Origin: Eledone cirrhosa
Taxonomy: Eukaryota
NCBI GenBank assembly: GCA_964016885.1
Contig: OZ024753.1
Span: 31,124,001-31,188,000, forward strand
Direction: 5' to 3'
Length of the DNA stretch: 64,000 nucleotides
In this document: one piece after another, positions 1 to 13,262 of the stretch
Numbering within the stretch: the first letter of the stretch is position 1
How the letters are laid out: every line of letters starts with the position of its first letter
Notes under the pieces: model-generated
Databases searched by the model: none
Told to the model about the DNA's origin: nothing
Seen by the model: only the letters and a program-made list of their open reading frames with translations
Position numbers and translations under genes: made by a program

Positions 1-223
1 GTCTTAATTTTCCCTATTTTTTTGTTCATTTTTCTCTTTGAATCTCCCCCTCATCTTTCCTTGTTCTCTTTTCAATGAAGGACTAGTCTCCAAAATATCT
101 CTCTTATAATTTATTATAAGCATTATACTAATATTCGTTTATCGTAATGTATTGTTCTCTGGTGTGTTTGTTTTCATCCCTTTGATCTGAATTTTACCAA
201 CACACACACACACACACACATAC

Positions 224-316
<93 letters not shown>

Positions 317-579
317 TTCTTTACATACATTTCTTCCTTTTCTCCGTCTTTCTTTCTAACTGTGCTTAACACTAAATATTTATAAACATCTCACTACCAA
401 ACCAACTTCTTACATGGAAGTTGATCAATATTTATGGTACGTCAAATTTATTTATAAAACTGCTTATATATTGTATTTTATCTGAAGAAGGCATGTCATA
501 TTTTTAATATGATATCCCTGAAATATGTATAATGAAATAAATATGGTTTTATAAATATAGTTTCCATTTGTTTAATATC

Positions 580-633
<54 letters not shown>

Positions 634-641
<8 letters not shown>

Positions 642-2470
642 TTGGAATAAATGCTCTGAAATAGCGATATATATGTGAATATAGACATAGAATATTCGAA
701 AATATTCTGTATGTTTATAATAAACATTTTGAAGACCTAATCGCTATAGAATAGAATACGTCACGTATTACAATTAGATTCTCGATAAAAGCAAGGGAAG
801 TAATCTACGCGTTTCATTCTTATTAGAAATCTTCAGGACTACATATCCAGTGCTTTTATCGAGAATGACACAGCTAGAGACTTATAGAATACTTAGCTGT
901 GTACAGGAACTGGTTTGAAAGAGCGGTTGCCGGTCCGGCAGAAATTAGAAATTGGAATAAATGCTCTGAAATAGCGATATATATGTGAATATAGACATAG
1001 AATATTCGAAAATATTCTGTATGTTTATAATAAACATTTTGAAGACCTAATCGCTATAGAATAGAATACGTCACGTATTACAATTAGATTCTCGATAAAA
1101 GCAAGGGAAGTAATCTACGCGTTTCATTCTTATTAGAAATCTTCAGGACTACATATCCAGTGCTTTTATCGAGAATGACACAGCTAGAGACTTATAGAAT
1201 ACTTAGCTGTGTACAGGAACTGGTTTGAAAGAGCGGTTGCCGGTCCGGCAGAAATTAGAAATTGGAATAAATGCTCTGAAATAGCGATATATATGTGAAT
1301 ATAGACATAGAATATTCGAAAATATTCTGTATGTTTATAATAAACATTTTGAAGACCTAATCGCTATAGAATAGAATACGTCACGTATTACAATTAGATT
1401 CTCGATAAAAGCAAGGGAAGTAATCTACGCGTTTCATTCTTATTAGAAATCTTCAGGACTACATATCCAGTGCTTTTATCGAGAATGACACAGCTAGAGA
1501 CTTATAGAATACTTAGCTGTGTACAGGAACTGGTTTGAAAGAGCGGTTGCCGGTCCGGCAGAAATTAGAAATTGGAATAAATGCTCTGAAATAGCGATAT
1601 ATATGTGAATATAGACATAGAATATTCGAAAATATTCTGTATGTTTATAATAAACATTTTGAAGACCTAATCGCTATAGAATAGAATACGTCACGTATTA
1701 CAATTAGATTCTCGATAAAAGCAAGGGAAGTAATCTACGCGTTTCATTCTTATTAGAAATCTTCAGGACTACATATCCAGTGCTTTTATCGAGAATGACA
1801 CAGCTAGAGACTTATAGAATACTTAGCTGTGTACAGGAACTGGTTTGAAAGAGCGGTTGCCGGTCCGGCAGAAATTAGAAATTGGAATAAATGCTCTGAA
1901 ATAGCGATATATATGTGAATATAGACATAGAATATTCGAAAATATTCTGTATGTTTATAATAAACATTTTGAAGACCTAATCGCTATAGAATAGAATACG
2001 TCACGTATTACAATTAGATTCTCGATAAAAGCAAGGGAAGTAATCTACGCGTTTCATTCTTATTAGAAATCTTCTATTCTATAGCGATTAGGTCTTCAAA
2101 ATGTTTATTATAAACATACAGAATATTTTCGAATATTCTATGTCTATATTCACATATATATCGCTATTTCAGAGCATTTATTCCAATTTCTAATTTCTGC
2201 CGGACCGGCAACCGCTCTTTCAAACCAGTTCCTGTACACAGCTAAGTATTCTATAAGTCTCTAGCTGTGTCATTCTCGATAAAAGCACTGGATATGTAGT
2301 CCTGAAGATTTCTAATAAGAATGAAACGCGTAGATTACTTCCCTTGCTTTTATCGAGAATCTAATTGTAATACGTGACGTATTCTATTCTATAGCGATTA
2401 GGTCTTCAAAATGTTTATTATAAACATACAGAATATTTTCGAATATTCTATGTCTATATTCACATATATA
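634..2470 (-). repeat. 310-bp tandem array with one hammerhead ribozyme per unit (retrozyme-like / tandem Penelope pLTR), ending in an ~400-bp inversion
   Basis: Unit starts (ATTAGAAATTGGAATAAATGC) at 634, 944, 1254, 1564 and 1874. The fifth copy breaks at ~2074, and 2072-2470 is the reverse complement of the array. (TA)n flanks both sides. Confidence 0.93.
778..866 (-). ncRNA. Type I hammerhead ribozyme (further copies at +310, +620 and +930; + strand copy core at 2296-2338)
   Basis: Minus strand reads GTAGTC-CTGAAGA-T TTCT AATA AGAA T-GAAACGCGTA-GATTAC. Stem I is GTAGTC/GATTAC, stem III is the palindrome ACGCGT, and the cleavage triplet is GUA. Stem I extends through an internal loop into a perfect 16-bp helix (778-793 with 851-866). 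Confidence 0.85.
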
Positions 2471-2494
2471 TATATATATATACATATTCTGGAT

Positions 2495-2705
2495 TAAATA
2501 GCTCAACGGCTCACACCTACGCCGTAGGAGGCCCGCATTAGCCGGACGCGTGAAACGTCGCAATGAACTGCTAACAGAGTTCTTTTCTGGAAACTTCATG
2601 TGTTCTGATGAATTGGAAGACCGACCACCAGGCTGAAGGATGTTCTTGAAGATGACACTGGATTGGAAGCAGTGGAAATCTAGACGGAAATGCTTGATAA
2701 GTTGA
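2495..2705 (+). mobile_element. Degenerate RTE-clade LINE 3' coding fragment
   Basis: Frameshifted translation gives LRRRRPALAGRVKRRNE...GRPTTRLKDVLEDDTGL, similar to the RTE C-terminus at 29770-30063. Confidence 0.55.
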
Positions 2706-3246
2706 GCTCTGATGAAGAACTTCGTTATGATACCAGTAACGGATGTATAGAAGAAGAATATATATCGCAGCGAATTGACAGAGTCGTTAGAACGTCGGAT
2801 AGAATGCTTTATAGTATTCATTACGGCTCTCTGCTTCCTGAGTTTAAATATTCCCGAGGTCAACTTTGCCTTCTATCCTTTCCAGGTCGATATAAAAAAA
2901 GTACCAGTCTAGTACTGGGGTCGATTCTTCCTTTATATTGCTTTCTCTCAATTTCTTCCTCTCGCTGGAAGAAATCTGCTGTACTCAGACCTGGAGAGGG
3001 ATGGGCTCCACCATGCTTAAAATGCCCTAGTGTCTGGCGGCTGAGTTCAGGCCGTTTCAACAGCGAGCCGTCAGGGACTATACATCTGCTCTACTTTCAC
3101 AAAGAATCGAGTTCTTAGCTGAACATGGTCTTACTATTGTAAACTGTTAACTCTCTCTCTTTCTCTCACTTTCTATTTCTCCCCCCCCCCCCTCCTCTCT
3201 CCCCCTCTCTCCCCCCTCCTCTCTCCCCCTCCCCCCTCTCTCTCTC

Positions 3247-3277
<31 letters not shown>

Positions 3278-3690
3278 ATATGCAGAATCTATAGTTATAG
3301 CCAAATTGTCCTTGACCATGTCATTGAATATTAAAAAATAAATCAATTATTACGTGCTGGTATTTCAGTTTTTCTCTACAATAAATAGCATTAATCCATT
3401 CTGAAGTTGATCTTGAGAGCAGAGACTAGCTCACAATAGAGCTTTGTCGATTACATGTCTTACAACGTCCCCCCACACTCTATACTCACACCTATGTATT
3501 GTAAACATACATTCTAAATATATATGTATATATATTTGGTATATATACAATATACTGTTTCCTTTACGATATATAGTTCTTTCTCTCTCTATATATACAT
3601 ATATCTTTTTCATTTGATGTATATATATATATATAAAATAATTAAGTCAAATATGTAAATTTGGCTTCGTTTATTATAAATTATAGATAT

Positions 3691-3745
3691 ACTGCTATAT
3701 ATATTTCGGTGACAGCCATCATTGGCTGTGACCTCTTCAGGTAGT
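3691..3745 (-). ncRNA. Type I hammerhead ribozyme motif (Penelope pLTR-type)
   Basis: Minus strand ACTAC-CTGAAGA-GGTCACAGCCA ATGA TGGCTGTCACC-GAAATATATATA-GCAGT. Stem I has one mismatch. Confidence 0.65.
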
Positions 3746-3863
3746 CCGAATTTGTGTGGGAAAGACAGGTACACATGTTGTTGAAGTGTGTTTTACTCCG
3801 TCAATACATCGATATGTCTAGGTCCTGGTTGTGTCGTTATTTCTCTGAGGAACTGGAATCATA

Positions 3864-3904
<41 letters not shown>

Positions 3905-3980
3905 ATCCTACAGGACTAGAACTGTTTCATTCGCTATGTATTGAGTGATTACTTACTGTGATTACCCCCGATTAAACCCG

Positions 3981-4026
3981 ACACACACACACACACACAC
4001 ACATACACACACACACACATATATAC

Positions 4027-4057
<31 letters not shown>

Positions 4058-4369
4058 TGTATGTATGTATGTATGTATGTATGCATGCATGTATGTATGT
4101 ATGTATGTATGTATGTATGTATGTATGCATGCATATATATATGTATATATGTATGTATATATATATATATATGTATGTATATATGTATGTATATATATAT
4201 ATATATATGTATGTATATATGTATGTATATATATATATATATATGTATGTATATATGTATGTATATATATATATATATATGTATGTATATATGTATGTAT
4301 ATATATATATATATATGTATGTATATATGTATGTATATATATATATATATATGTATGTATATATGTATG

Positions 4370-4400
<31 letters not shown>

Positions 4401-4829
4401 GTATATATATATATATATATGTATGTATATATGTATGTATATATATATATATATATGTATGTATATATGTATGTATATATATATATATATATGTATGTAT
4501 ATATGTATGTATATATATATATATATATGTATGTATATATGTATGTATATATATATATATATATGTATGTATATATGTATGTATATATATATATATATGT
4601 ATGTATATATGTATGTATATATATATATATATATGTATGTATATATGTATGTATATATATATATATATGTATGTATATATGTATGTATATATATATATAT
4701 ATGTATGTATATATGTATGTATATATATATATATATATGTATGTATATATGTATGTATATATATATATATATATGTATGTATATATGTATGTATATATAT
4801 ATATATATATATGTATGTATATATGTATG

Positions 4830-4860
<31 letters not shown>

Positions 4861-5247
4861 GTATGTATATATATATATATGTATGTATGTATATATGTAT
4901 GTATATATATATATATATATGTATGTATATATGTATGTATATATATATATATATATGTATGTATATATGTATGTATATATGTATATATATGTATGTATAT
5001 ATGTATGTATATATGTATGTATATATGTATGTATATATATATATATGTATGTATATATGTATGTATATATATATATATATATATGTATGTATATGTGTAT
5101 GTATATATATATGTATATATATATATATATATATGTATGTATATATATATGTATATATATATGTATATATATATATATGTATGTATATATATATGTATAT
5201 ATATATATATGTATGTATATATATATGTATATATATATATATGTATG

Positions 5248-5278
<31 letters not shown>

Positions 5279-5361
5279 ATATATATGTATATATATATGT
5301 ATATATATATATATATATGTATGTATATATATATGTATATATATATATATGTATATGTATG

Positions 5362-5392
<31 letters not shown>

Positions 5393-5655
5393 ATGTATGT
5401 ATATATATATGTATATATATGTATGTATATATATATGTATATATATATATATATATATGTATGTATATATATATGTATATATATATATATATATATGTAT
5501 GTATATATATATGTATATATATATGTATATATATATATATATGTATGTATATATATATATATATATATGTATGTATATATATATGTATATATATATATAT
5601 ATATATGTATGTATATATATATGTATATATATATATATATATATGTATGTATATA

Positions 5656-5720
<65 letters not shown>
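3981..5720. repeat. (CA)n/(TATG)n/(TA)n compound microsatellite
   Basis: Seen directly. It is the source of the spurious 570-650 aa ORFs. Confidence 0.98.
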
Positions 5721-6395
5721 TATGTCAGGTCACCAGTTGGTGCTACTGGTAACATGTATCCCAGTACAACCTGTCTCATGGTCGGGTCGTTGGCGACTAA
5801 ACTGGCAACCCCACCAAGGTTTCTTGGTGAGGAGGGTGACTTTGGACATCCTGCAGGACTAAAAACAAAACCTGTCAAAGGGCAAGGGAGCTCTTAAGAG
5901 TCAATAGCCATCCAAAATCACCGGGAGAGATGACCCCTTAGCCTTTGTCAAGGCAGAATTCTAGGAGAGGGAAAACTCTGATATAACACCTGCAATCCTG
6001 ATGGTATCCAATGATGTTGACCTGTTCTTCTTTTTGGTAAATATCATCTTGGTTAAGAGAGTGGGACTGGCTTTGTGCAGTGCCTTTGCTCACTATAAAA
6101 GCTTCACAGCACAGGCATTGCTTTATATCTGGAGATCTCTCTGCACTTGTCATCACATGGTACCATGGGCCCTGCACTATGTGTCAATAATGGTCACAAG
6201 TGTAGTCTTTGTACCAGAGTTTTCAAGTCGCTGGCTGGACTAAAGTCACATTCGTTCAGCGCATCGGTAGGGGTTCTCCTACATGGATATAAAGTAGTGG
6301 CCGTACTCGAAAACGAGTTGGCAGCCACCATGTATGTATGTATGTATGTATGCATGCATGTATGTATGTATGTATGTATATATATGTATGTATGT
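5721..6395 (+). mobile_element. Non-autonomous RTE-derived short element with (TATG)n tail
   Basis: Dispersed copies at 19527-20032(-), 48808-49357(-) and 49461-49858, with more diverged relatives at 12410-12660(-) and 41630-42050(+). It retains a zinc-finger-like remnant, GHKCSLCTRVFKSLAGLKSH, resembling RTE-BovB-type 3' ends. Confidence 0.7.
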
Positions 6396-6480
6396 AAAAG
6401 GTAAACAGAAATAACAACACAATCGGTACAGTGTATGGATGGAATATATTAAGTTAACGCTTGATATAGCAGGAAGAGGG

Positions 6481-6516
6481 TCTTAACGTTTCGGACGCTA
6501 CTCCTTCATCAGAAGA
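6481..6516 (-). ncRNA. Minimal hammerhead ribozyme motif (family also at 29276-29311(-) and 46135-46170(+))
   Basis: TCTT-CTGATGA-AGGAG TAGC GTCC-GAAACGTT-AAGA. The stem III palindrome is AACGTT. Confidence 0.65.
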
Positions 6517-6635
6517 AAGAATGAGAAATAAGATAGATTGACGGAACCGGCGGGGTGGAAGGCTAAATTGTAAGTCTTATTACCCGAGAATTTCAGTTGT
6601 TTGTCACAAGGCCATCATGATGATATATCTTCCAG

Positions 6636-6836
6636 GGCGGTGGATTGGCAGTATCGGTAGAGGGTCGGACGCCATGCTTTGCAGCATATTGTTGCGGCCC
6701 TTTATGATCTGAGTTCAAATCCTGCCGAGGTTAACTTTCTCTTTCATCATTACGGGGTCGATAAAATAAAGTACCTGTCACGCACTGGGGTCGATTTAAT
6801 CGACTTTCCCCTGTCCCTATATAAGAAACCATTATT
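6636..6836 (+). mobile_element. tRNA-derived SINE, family 1 (very abundant)
   Basis: A-box-like TGGCAGTATCGG, B-box-like GAGTTCAAATCC and the body GGGGTCGATAAAATAAAGTACC. More than 15 copies or fragments, e.g. 6940, 9843, 10417, 10930(-), 14315(-), 22375, 25850, 28686(-), 31121(-), 40876, 42722(-), 46728-47430(-), 50150. Confidence 0.85.
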
Positions 6837-7338
6837 GATATATTTTCCGATATTGTATCGAACTGATATTGCTATTGTTGTTGTTGTATCGTCCTATATT
6901 GTCCTGTTATTGTTGTTATATCTTCCGTTATATTACTCAGTCTGAGTTCAAATCCCGCCGAGGTTAACTTTGCCTTTCATCCTTACGGGGTCGATAAAAT
7001 AAAGTACCAGTAATACACTGGGATAATTGCTGGTCTTGTGCCAAAAGTAGAAACAGTTATATTACTCATTGTTGTCCCATTAGAATAGATTTCTTATTAT
7101 TTCTCTTAAATGCAATATTCTGGTTTATGAAACGCTCACTAATTTCCCACGATCTCATCAGGCATGTCTTTCCTTAGAAGATATTGTTTTCACATTTCTT
7201 TTAACTTCAAAGATTTCTTCTTCTTTCGCGAGGCTAAATTTGTTTTGGTTTTATTTAAATGTTTCCTTTTGTTTCTATTTCGCTGAGTTAAGAAAATATC
7301 TTTCTGCTTTTGTCAGTTTTGTATGATATATTTTCTAA

Positions 7339-7675
7339 GGCGAATGGCTTAGTGGTTAGAGTATGGGGTTTGCAATTGAGGGGTTGTGAGTTCGATTCTC
7401 GAACCGGGTGATGCGTTGTATCCTTGAACAAGATACTTTATTTCACGTTGTTCCAGTTTATTCAGCTGTAGAAATGAGTTGCCACGTCACTGGTGCCAAG
7501 CTGTATCGGTCATTGCCTTTCCTTTGGATAACATCGGTGGCGTTGAGAGGGGAGACTGGTATGGATGGGCAACTACTGGGTTTCCACAAAACAAACCTTG
7601 CCCAGGCTTGTGTCTCGGAGGGAAACTTTCTAGGTGCAAAACCATGGTCATTCGTGACCGAGTGGTGTCTTATTT
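7339..7675 (+). mobile_element. tRNA-derived SINE, family 2
   Basis: A box TGGCTTAGTGG, B box GAGTTCGATTC and the core GTATCCTTGAACAAGATACTTTATTTCAC. Relatives at 24888-25100, 28450-28645 and 49950-50135. Confidence 0.75.
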
Positions 7676-8184
7676 TCTAAGGATGGAAACAAATAGGAAA
7701 GAAGACGATCATCAGATCAGACCAAGGAAACTATGTTTGTATTAGTCTTTTTGTTGCTGATACGATCTGTTGGTAGCAACTCCCAGAAGAAGGAAGTGAG
7801 ATTTGAACTCAGAATGCACCGAATCGAAATTGTCACCACAAAAATCCTATCTATTTTACAATTCCAACAATATGACAAGTATTTTATTTATAGACCCAGA
7901 AAAGACGAAAAGTAAATTTGACGTTGACGGCATTTGAACTCAAAGTACAGAGAGTCGAAACAAACATGAAATCATTTAATCCGACAATCTGTCAATTCTG
8001 CCAGATATAGACAGATATTTTTTGTCGACCTCCAAAAGATGACCTCGACACGATTTGAATCGGAATAAATACTGGAAAGTATTCTTTCCAACGGTCTAAG
8101 TCTGAAAATATAGTAACAAAGACGTTTTACCAGAGATGGGATAAAACTCGGCTTCATAAGTAATATTCGACGTGATATATAGAC

Positions 8185-8345
8185 ATTCTGGTGTCCTCGG
8201 CCCCAGGGCTACCTCCTTACTCACCACTATAGGCGCTGAGCTGGCCTGCCGCAGGTGTGAGCCCCGCGAGTTGGAGTGGCTTTTCCAGCGCGTCTCCCTT
8301 GCCCTCCTCCGGGGAAACGCCTTCTCCATTCTGTCCGCCGAGGCT
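8185..8345 (+). mobile_element. 3' fragment of a restriction-like-endonuclease non-LTR retrotransposon (CRE-like)
   Basis: GC-rich island translating as GVLGPRATSLL...WLFQRVSLALLRGNAFSIL, matching the C-terminal QR(I/V)SLA..RGNA motif. Confidence 0.7.
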
Positions 8346-11300
8346 GTGGGTGGGCCCCATCGCGTACCAATATATTAGTTAAATACCATTCTTTCATCTG
8401 ATACAACACAATAAAGTTTCTCATGTAGATAAGAAAGTTATTACCAGGAATACTGGTTTTTGTTTTACTTTGTCAAATAAAACTCAGTATATATCTAAGG
8501 CATATCGTTTTTAATAGGGATAAAAGAGAACGCCGATTGTGGAAATACAAACATTAAAAGAAACGAATTAAACACGTTAAAATATACACTGAAAAAAACC
8601 ATGTCCATCACCTCTCAAGAGATTCGAACCGGCACCAACTTTCGAATAAGATAGTTTTTTTTAATCGATCCTCTGAAGCACGTGGGCTACCATTTGCTCA
8701 CAATAATGTAGATGGGGAGAGTAAGAGAGACGGAGGTAGTAACAGTTTAGTTCTTTCGTGTTCGGATCTGGCGTATATAAGAGAGAAAGCGTCTAAAAGC
8801 TGTTTCTTCTACAGTAAATTTATAGTTAGTGTTTCTAAATAATGAAGAAATCACTAACAATGTACATTATCATCATCACTCTCAACCTTCATACTATCGT
8901 CCATTTGCAACCGAAATACGCCCAAAATAAAAAAGAAAGTTGAACTTAAACTACTCTAGGCGTCTGTGGCCTTGTTTCTAGAGTGGTACTACATAACGGT
9001 CCGTATATCAACCATGATAATATGACACGTGTGTTTCTCTCTATATATATTTCACCGTTTGTAACTGTTTAAATACACACACATGTATTTCCTATATCAA
9101 GTATGTATATTGCTAAAAAAAAAAAAAAAAAATAGCTTTCCAATTATAAAGTCTTGTTTTCTATCTCTACCTTCGTTCCTTCCTATACTAGTTATTTCTC
9201 TAAAGTTACTCTTACATTTAAACCTGTATGTTATTTGTTCATATATGCTGAGCATTTATGTAATTATATCCTAGAAAAATATTATCAAAATACCACTTTT
9301 ATCTTTAATCACTTTCATGTGTCAGTAATCAACATATATAAGATTTCTCTTATGCAAACCATAGTTGATCCCTTGTTGTTGCTGCTGCTACTGTTGTTGT
9401 TGATTATCACCTTGTCCCTTGTATAAATGTCTCGTTTTGATTGTTATTTTCGTTAGAGGGACGGATCAAATACTTTGGTATTGTCCCTGGGTTATTTGAT
9501 TCGAATTCCAATTCTACCTGGCCTTATGTCTAAACTACACAAACATACGCACATATACACATTGCGGTTGTTATATGAGTGATATTGCTACAATAAAAAG
9601 TTTGTATTCCAATTACAAGATCCAGGTTTCTAGCCCTACATTTGTCCCTATAAATAATTATTTCTCCAAAATTTTTCACACATTGTATTTGTTTTGCAAG
9701 GTTATCGATATGAAATCGTGTGTTGAAACAGATATATTTTTCTGACAATATTAGGACATTATGACTCTGAAAAAAACAAAAAAACAATATTCATACATTT
9801 AATCCCGTATACCATTTATGGAATTATATCCTAGAAATAGTGGGCAATGGATTGGCAGTATCGGTAAAGGGTCGGACGTCATGCTTTCCTGTATAAAGTT
9901 ACCGTCCATTATGATCTGAGTTAAAATCCCGCAGAGGTTAACTTTATTTCATCCTTATGGGGTCGATAAAATAAAGTACCAGTCACGCACTAGGGTCAAT
10001 TGAATAGACTTTTTCCCTCTTCCCAAATTGCTGGCCTTGTGCCTATATAAGAAATCATTATTTAAGAAAAAAAAACTATAGGGATTCTCTTAGGCAAGCC
10101 ATTAATTCACCAAAACCTAAATTTCCCAGTTTGTATAATTGTTTAGGTCATCCGGTAGTTTTGGAGTATATGGCATACCAATCATGGACTCCAAACATGA
10201 AGTGCTCTCGGGTTTCGAATACTTGTCCCCCGCCCACTTACTAATTTTTCAGATTTTTTTCCAGTCCCCGCTTATTAAATTTTACTAACCTGACATTTTG
10301 GTTTTCAAAAAAAAAAAAATCAACGGGGACAACCCAGAAGAGTTACCGAATTCCCCCAACCCTCCTCACTTATTCCATCCCGACACATTCATCCCCCTAT
10401 TATTTGAGACCTGAAGGGCGGTCGATTGGCAGTATCAGTAGAGCGTTGGACAACATGCTTTGCAGCATCGAATTACGACCCTTTATGTATCGGTATAGGG
10501 CCGAAAATCATGCTTCACGGTATAAAGATACAGCCCTTTACGTTCTGAGTTCATATCCCGCCGCGGTTAGCTTTGGTCTTTCATCCTTACGGGGTCTATA
10601 AAATAAAGTTCCAGTAACACACTGGGGTCGATTTAATGGACTTTCCCCTCCTCTTCAAATTACTGGCCTTATTAATGACTCTGGTTCACTAGTATCAGAA
10701 TGATTTACCACAGTCCGCCTGTTATACGAACGCTGTCAATGGCCCCCGATGACCGTTTTTAATTTTTAGCTTGTAGGTTTATTTAGAATTTTTTTTATAA
10801 CCGTAATACAATTTTCTGTTAGTTGACCTATACTAAAGGGCTTCACTGATAGGGTTGTGTGTGTTATAATTTGCCAGTTCCATGTTATGGAAAGAAGTTG
10901 TGGTGAATCTTTGGAATAGTGCTTAATAAATATTGTTTCTACTTTTGGCACAAGGCCAGCAATTACCCAGTACATTACTGGTACTTTATTTTATCGACCC
11001 CGTATGGATGAAAGGCAAAGTTAACCTCGGCGGGATTTGAACTCAGATCATAAAGGGACGTAACTATGCTGGAAAGCATGTCCGACCCTCTACCGATACT
11101 GAATAGTTGTTCCAATGTTCAAAAGTGCCCCCCCCCCCCCATGGAATATGTTGCACACCCCTGCTGTATCTGAATAAAATACGGGATGATATTGGTTGAA
11201 AGGTATATGGTCATATCTGCTTGATCCGGAATGATCTAAATAGCAAATATATCATCATCATTGTCCTAATCATTATCATCACCTACAACATCACCATTAT

Positions 11301-11350
11301 TTAAAATGTATACCAAGTTGTGTTTCCCTAAATTTTTTTTTCTCCTTTTA

Positions 11351-11368
11351 TTGCAGGTCAGAATGTGA
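11351..11368 (+). promoter_or_regulatory. Splice acceptor of the first coding exon and a start-stop uORF in its 5' UTR
   Basis: A polypyrimidine tract followed by TTGCAG|G (exon starts 11357). ATGTGA at 11363-11368. An in-frame TAA lies upstream of ATG 11425. Confidence 0.6.
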
Positions 11369-11424
11369 CAATAACTTCCAGAGGAATATCTTAAATTATT
11401 TCCCACCGAAAAAAAAAAAAAGAA

Positions 11425-12130
11425 ATGGATTGGCTATGGCACAGTTGCCATAGGATGAAACTGTTCACATTATTCTTTCTTTTATTTTGTTTTAACAAAT
11501 GTGTGTCACACACTGAAGTGCATATCGCTTCTATACTACCTCGAAACAATACTTTATTATTTTCTATAGACCGCTTGAAACCAGCTTTAGAATTAGGAAT
11601 TACATATCTCATGGAGGATCTGTATTTAAAAAAGTATTTTATCTTTAACGTGAGTTATGCAGATTCACACTGTTCTATTGCCGAAGCTATCAATGAAGCA
11701 ATAGGCATTTATATAAAGAAATCTGTAAATGTTTTCTTTGGCCCTGTTTGTGATATGGCGCTTGCACCAATTGCTCGCCAAGTGACCTTTTGGAATATAC
11801 CCCTCATAAGTGTTGGTGCTATGGCACGTGAATTTAATGCATTTAAAGAATCCTACCCTTTACTTACACGATCCGGTCCCCTTAACTTCAACAGTCTTTC
11901 CGGGTGTATTGCACGCTCCATGAAAAACTACAAATGGGAACGAGCGAAATTGCTTTATTACCAGCATGGTTTCGAATCACTTCCAAAGAAATTTTGTCAT
12001 CTCGTAACCGAGTCTCTTCATTATGACATACCCAATTTTGAGAAAAACATAACCACGGATCATTACCGCTTGGACAACGTGTCTGATTTTGATACCTTGT
12101 TCTTTGAAGAAATTGGAAACAAATACGCAG
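11425..12130 (+). CDS. First coding exon A: natriuretic peptide receptor / receptor guanylyl cyclase-like extracellular (ANF-receptor) domain, N-terminal part
   Basis: Signal peptide MKLFTLFFLLFCF, then VHIASILP...YADSHC...VFFGPVCDMALAPIARQVTFWNIPLISVGA...LLTR. The donor GCAG|GTAAGT falls after 706 nt (phase 1). Confidence 0.9.
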
Positions 12131-13024
12131 GTAAGTGAATGAATTTCACTATATATTATGTAGCTGTTATGTTGCACTTAATGTCCAAGTATATCTAATC
12201 TGGCCGAGTTTACACTCGCAAATAAGAAGAACCAGGGCCGTCCCTAGGAGCATTGAATTTGGTGTACTTCATATTTGTTGTGGTTGTTGAATACAATCAG
12301 GGGTCGCTGCTTCTACTGAAGGTTAATAGTTCTCTTCTAACTCGAGCGGGAGTGCCTTTCCATTGTAAATTTGCATTGATCATCTGCAAAGCCGCATTGT
12401 TCTCATAACCTCTACACCAGTTTTTCGAATGGAACTACTGCCACACATTGATTTGGCAGGATTTTCGTTTCAGATGGCCGTTGACTCTTATGAGTCTGCC
12501 CTTTGTCAGGTTTTGTTTTTTGTCCTGCAGGGTGTCCAAAATCACCCTCCTCACCAAGTAAACTTGGTGGGGTTGCCGATTTAGTCGCCGGCGACCCGAC
12601 CATGCGATAGGTTGGACTTAGTTACATACTACCAGTAGTACTCGAGAGTGACCTGACAACAAGATGTGAATAGTAAGCTTTCCCTGGGTTGAATCATAAA
12701 CTCAGTTACAGCCAACTGCCCAAGAATACAAATAATTACACACTATTAATTGTGTATGTTTGAAAACTTTCGTATGAGTATTTCTTTTTCATATCTTTCG
12801 TATAAATATCTTCCATTTATAGTTGAACTCTGAAATCCTTGAGTCGTATGTAGTAAACTGTTTTTCTTGTAAACACAAAATTGTTTGGCTATGTGAATTT
12901 CTTTTATCACTTTAGTTATATTTCGTAAATATATTCCATTTATATTTGAAACCTTTGAGTTGCAGATAAAATGTCTTTCCCTTGTAAGCAAAATATTTAA
13001 TTGGTACGAGAAATATACGTCACA

Positions 13025-13262
13025 AAGAAATCGAAAATGCAACTGGAGTCTTTTTAAGAATATTTATTTGTTTCCTTTACTGGTTTCACAGTTCTTATGC
13101 TTTTCAAAAGTAGAATTGAGATGTTTTCTTTTCGCATCTGATGCGAGAAAAATCACAAACCCTCCATCTCAATTCTACTTTGAAAAGCATAAGAACTGTG
13201 AAACCGGTAAAGGAAACAAATAAATATTCTTAAAAAGACTCCAGTTGCATTTTCGATTTCTT
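13025..13262. repeat. Fold-back inverted repeat, arms ~100 bp; single-orientation relative at ~42220-42400
   Basis: AAGAAATCGAAAATGCAACTGGAGTC...GAGATG pairs with CATCTC...GACTCCAGTTGCATTTTCGATTTCTT. Confidence 0.9.

Noticed and set aside
5938-6404. Small ORFs recurring at 19617-19919 and 48900-49199 that look like a gene family
   Set aside because: They are copies of one non-autonomous retro-element, with indels between copies.
7339-7410. tRNA-like A/B boxes (also in family 1 SINE heads)
   Set aside because: They continue into SINE bodies and lack a complete cloverleaf, so they are not tRNA genes.
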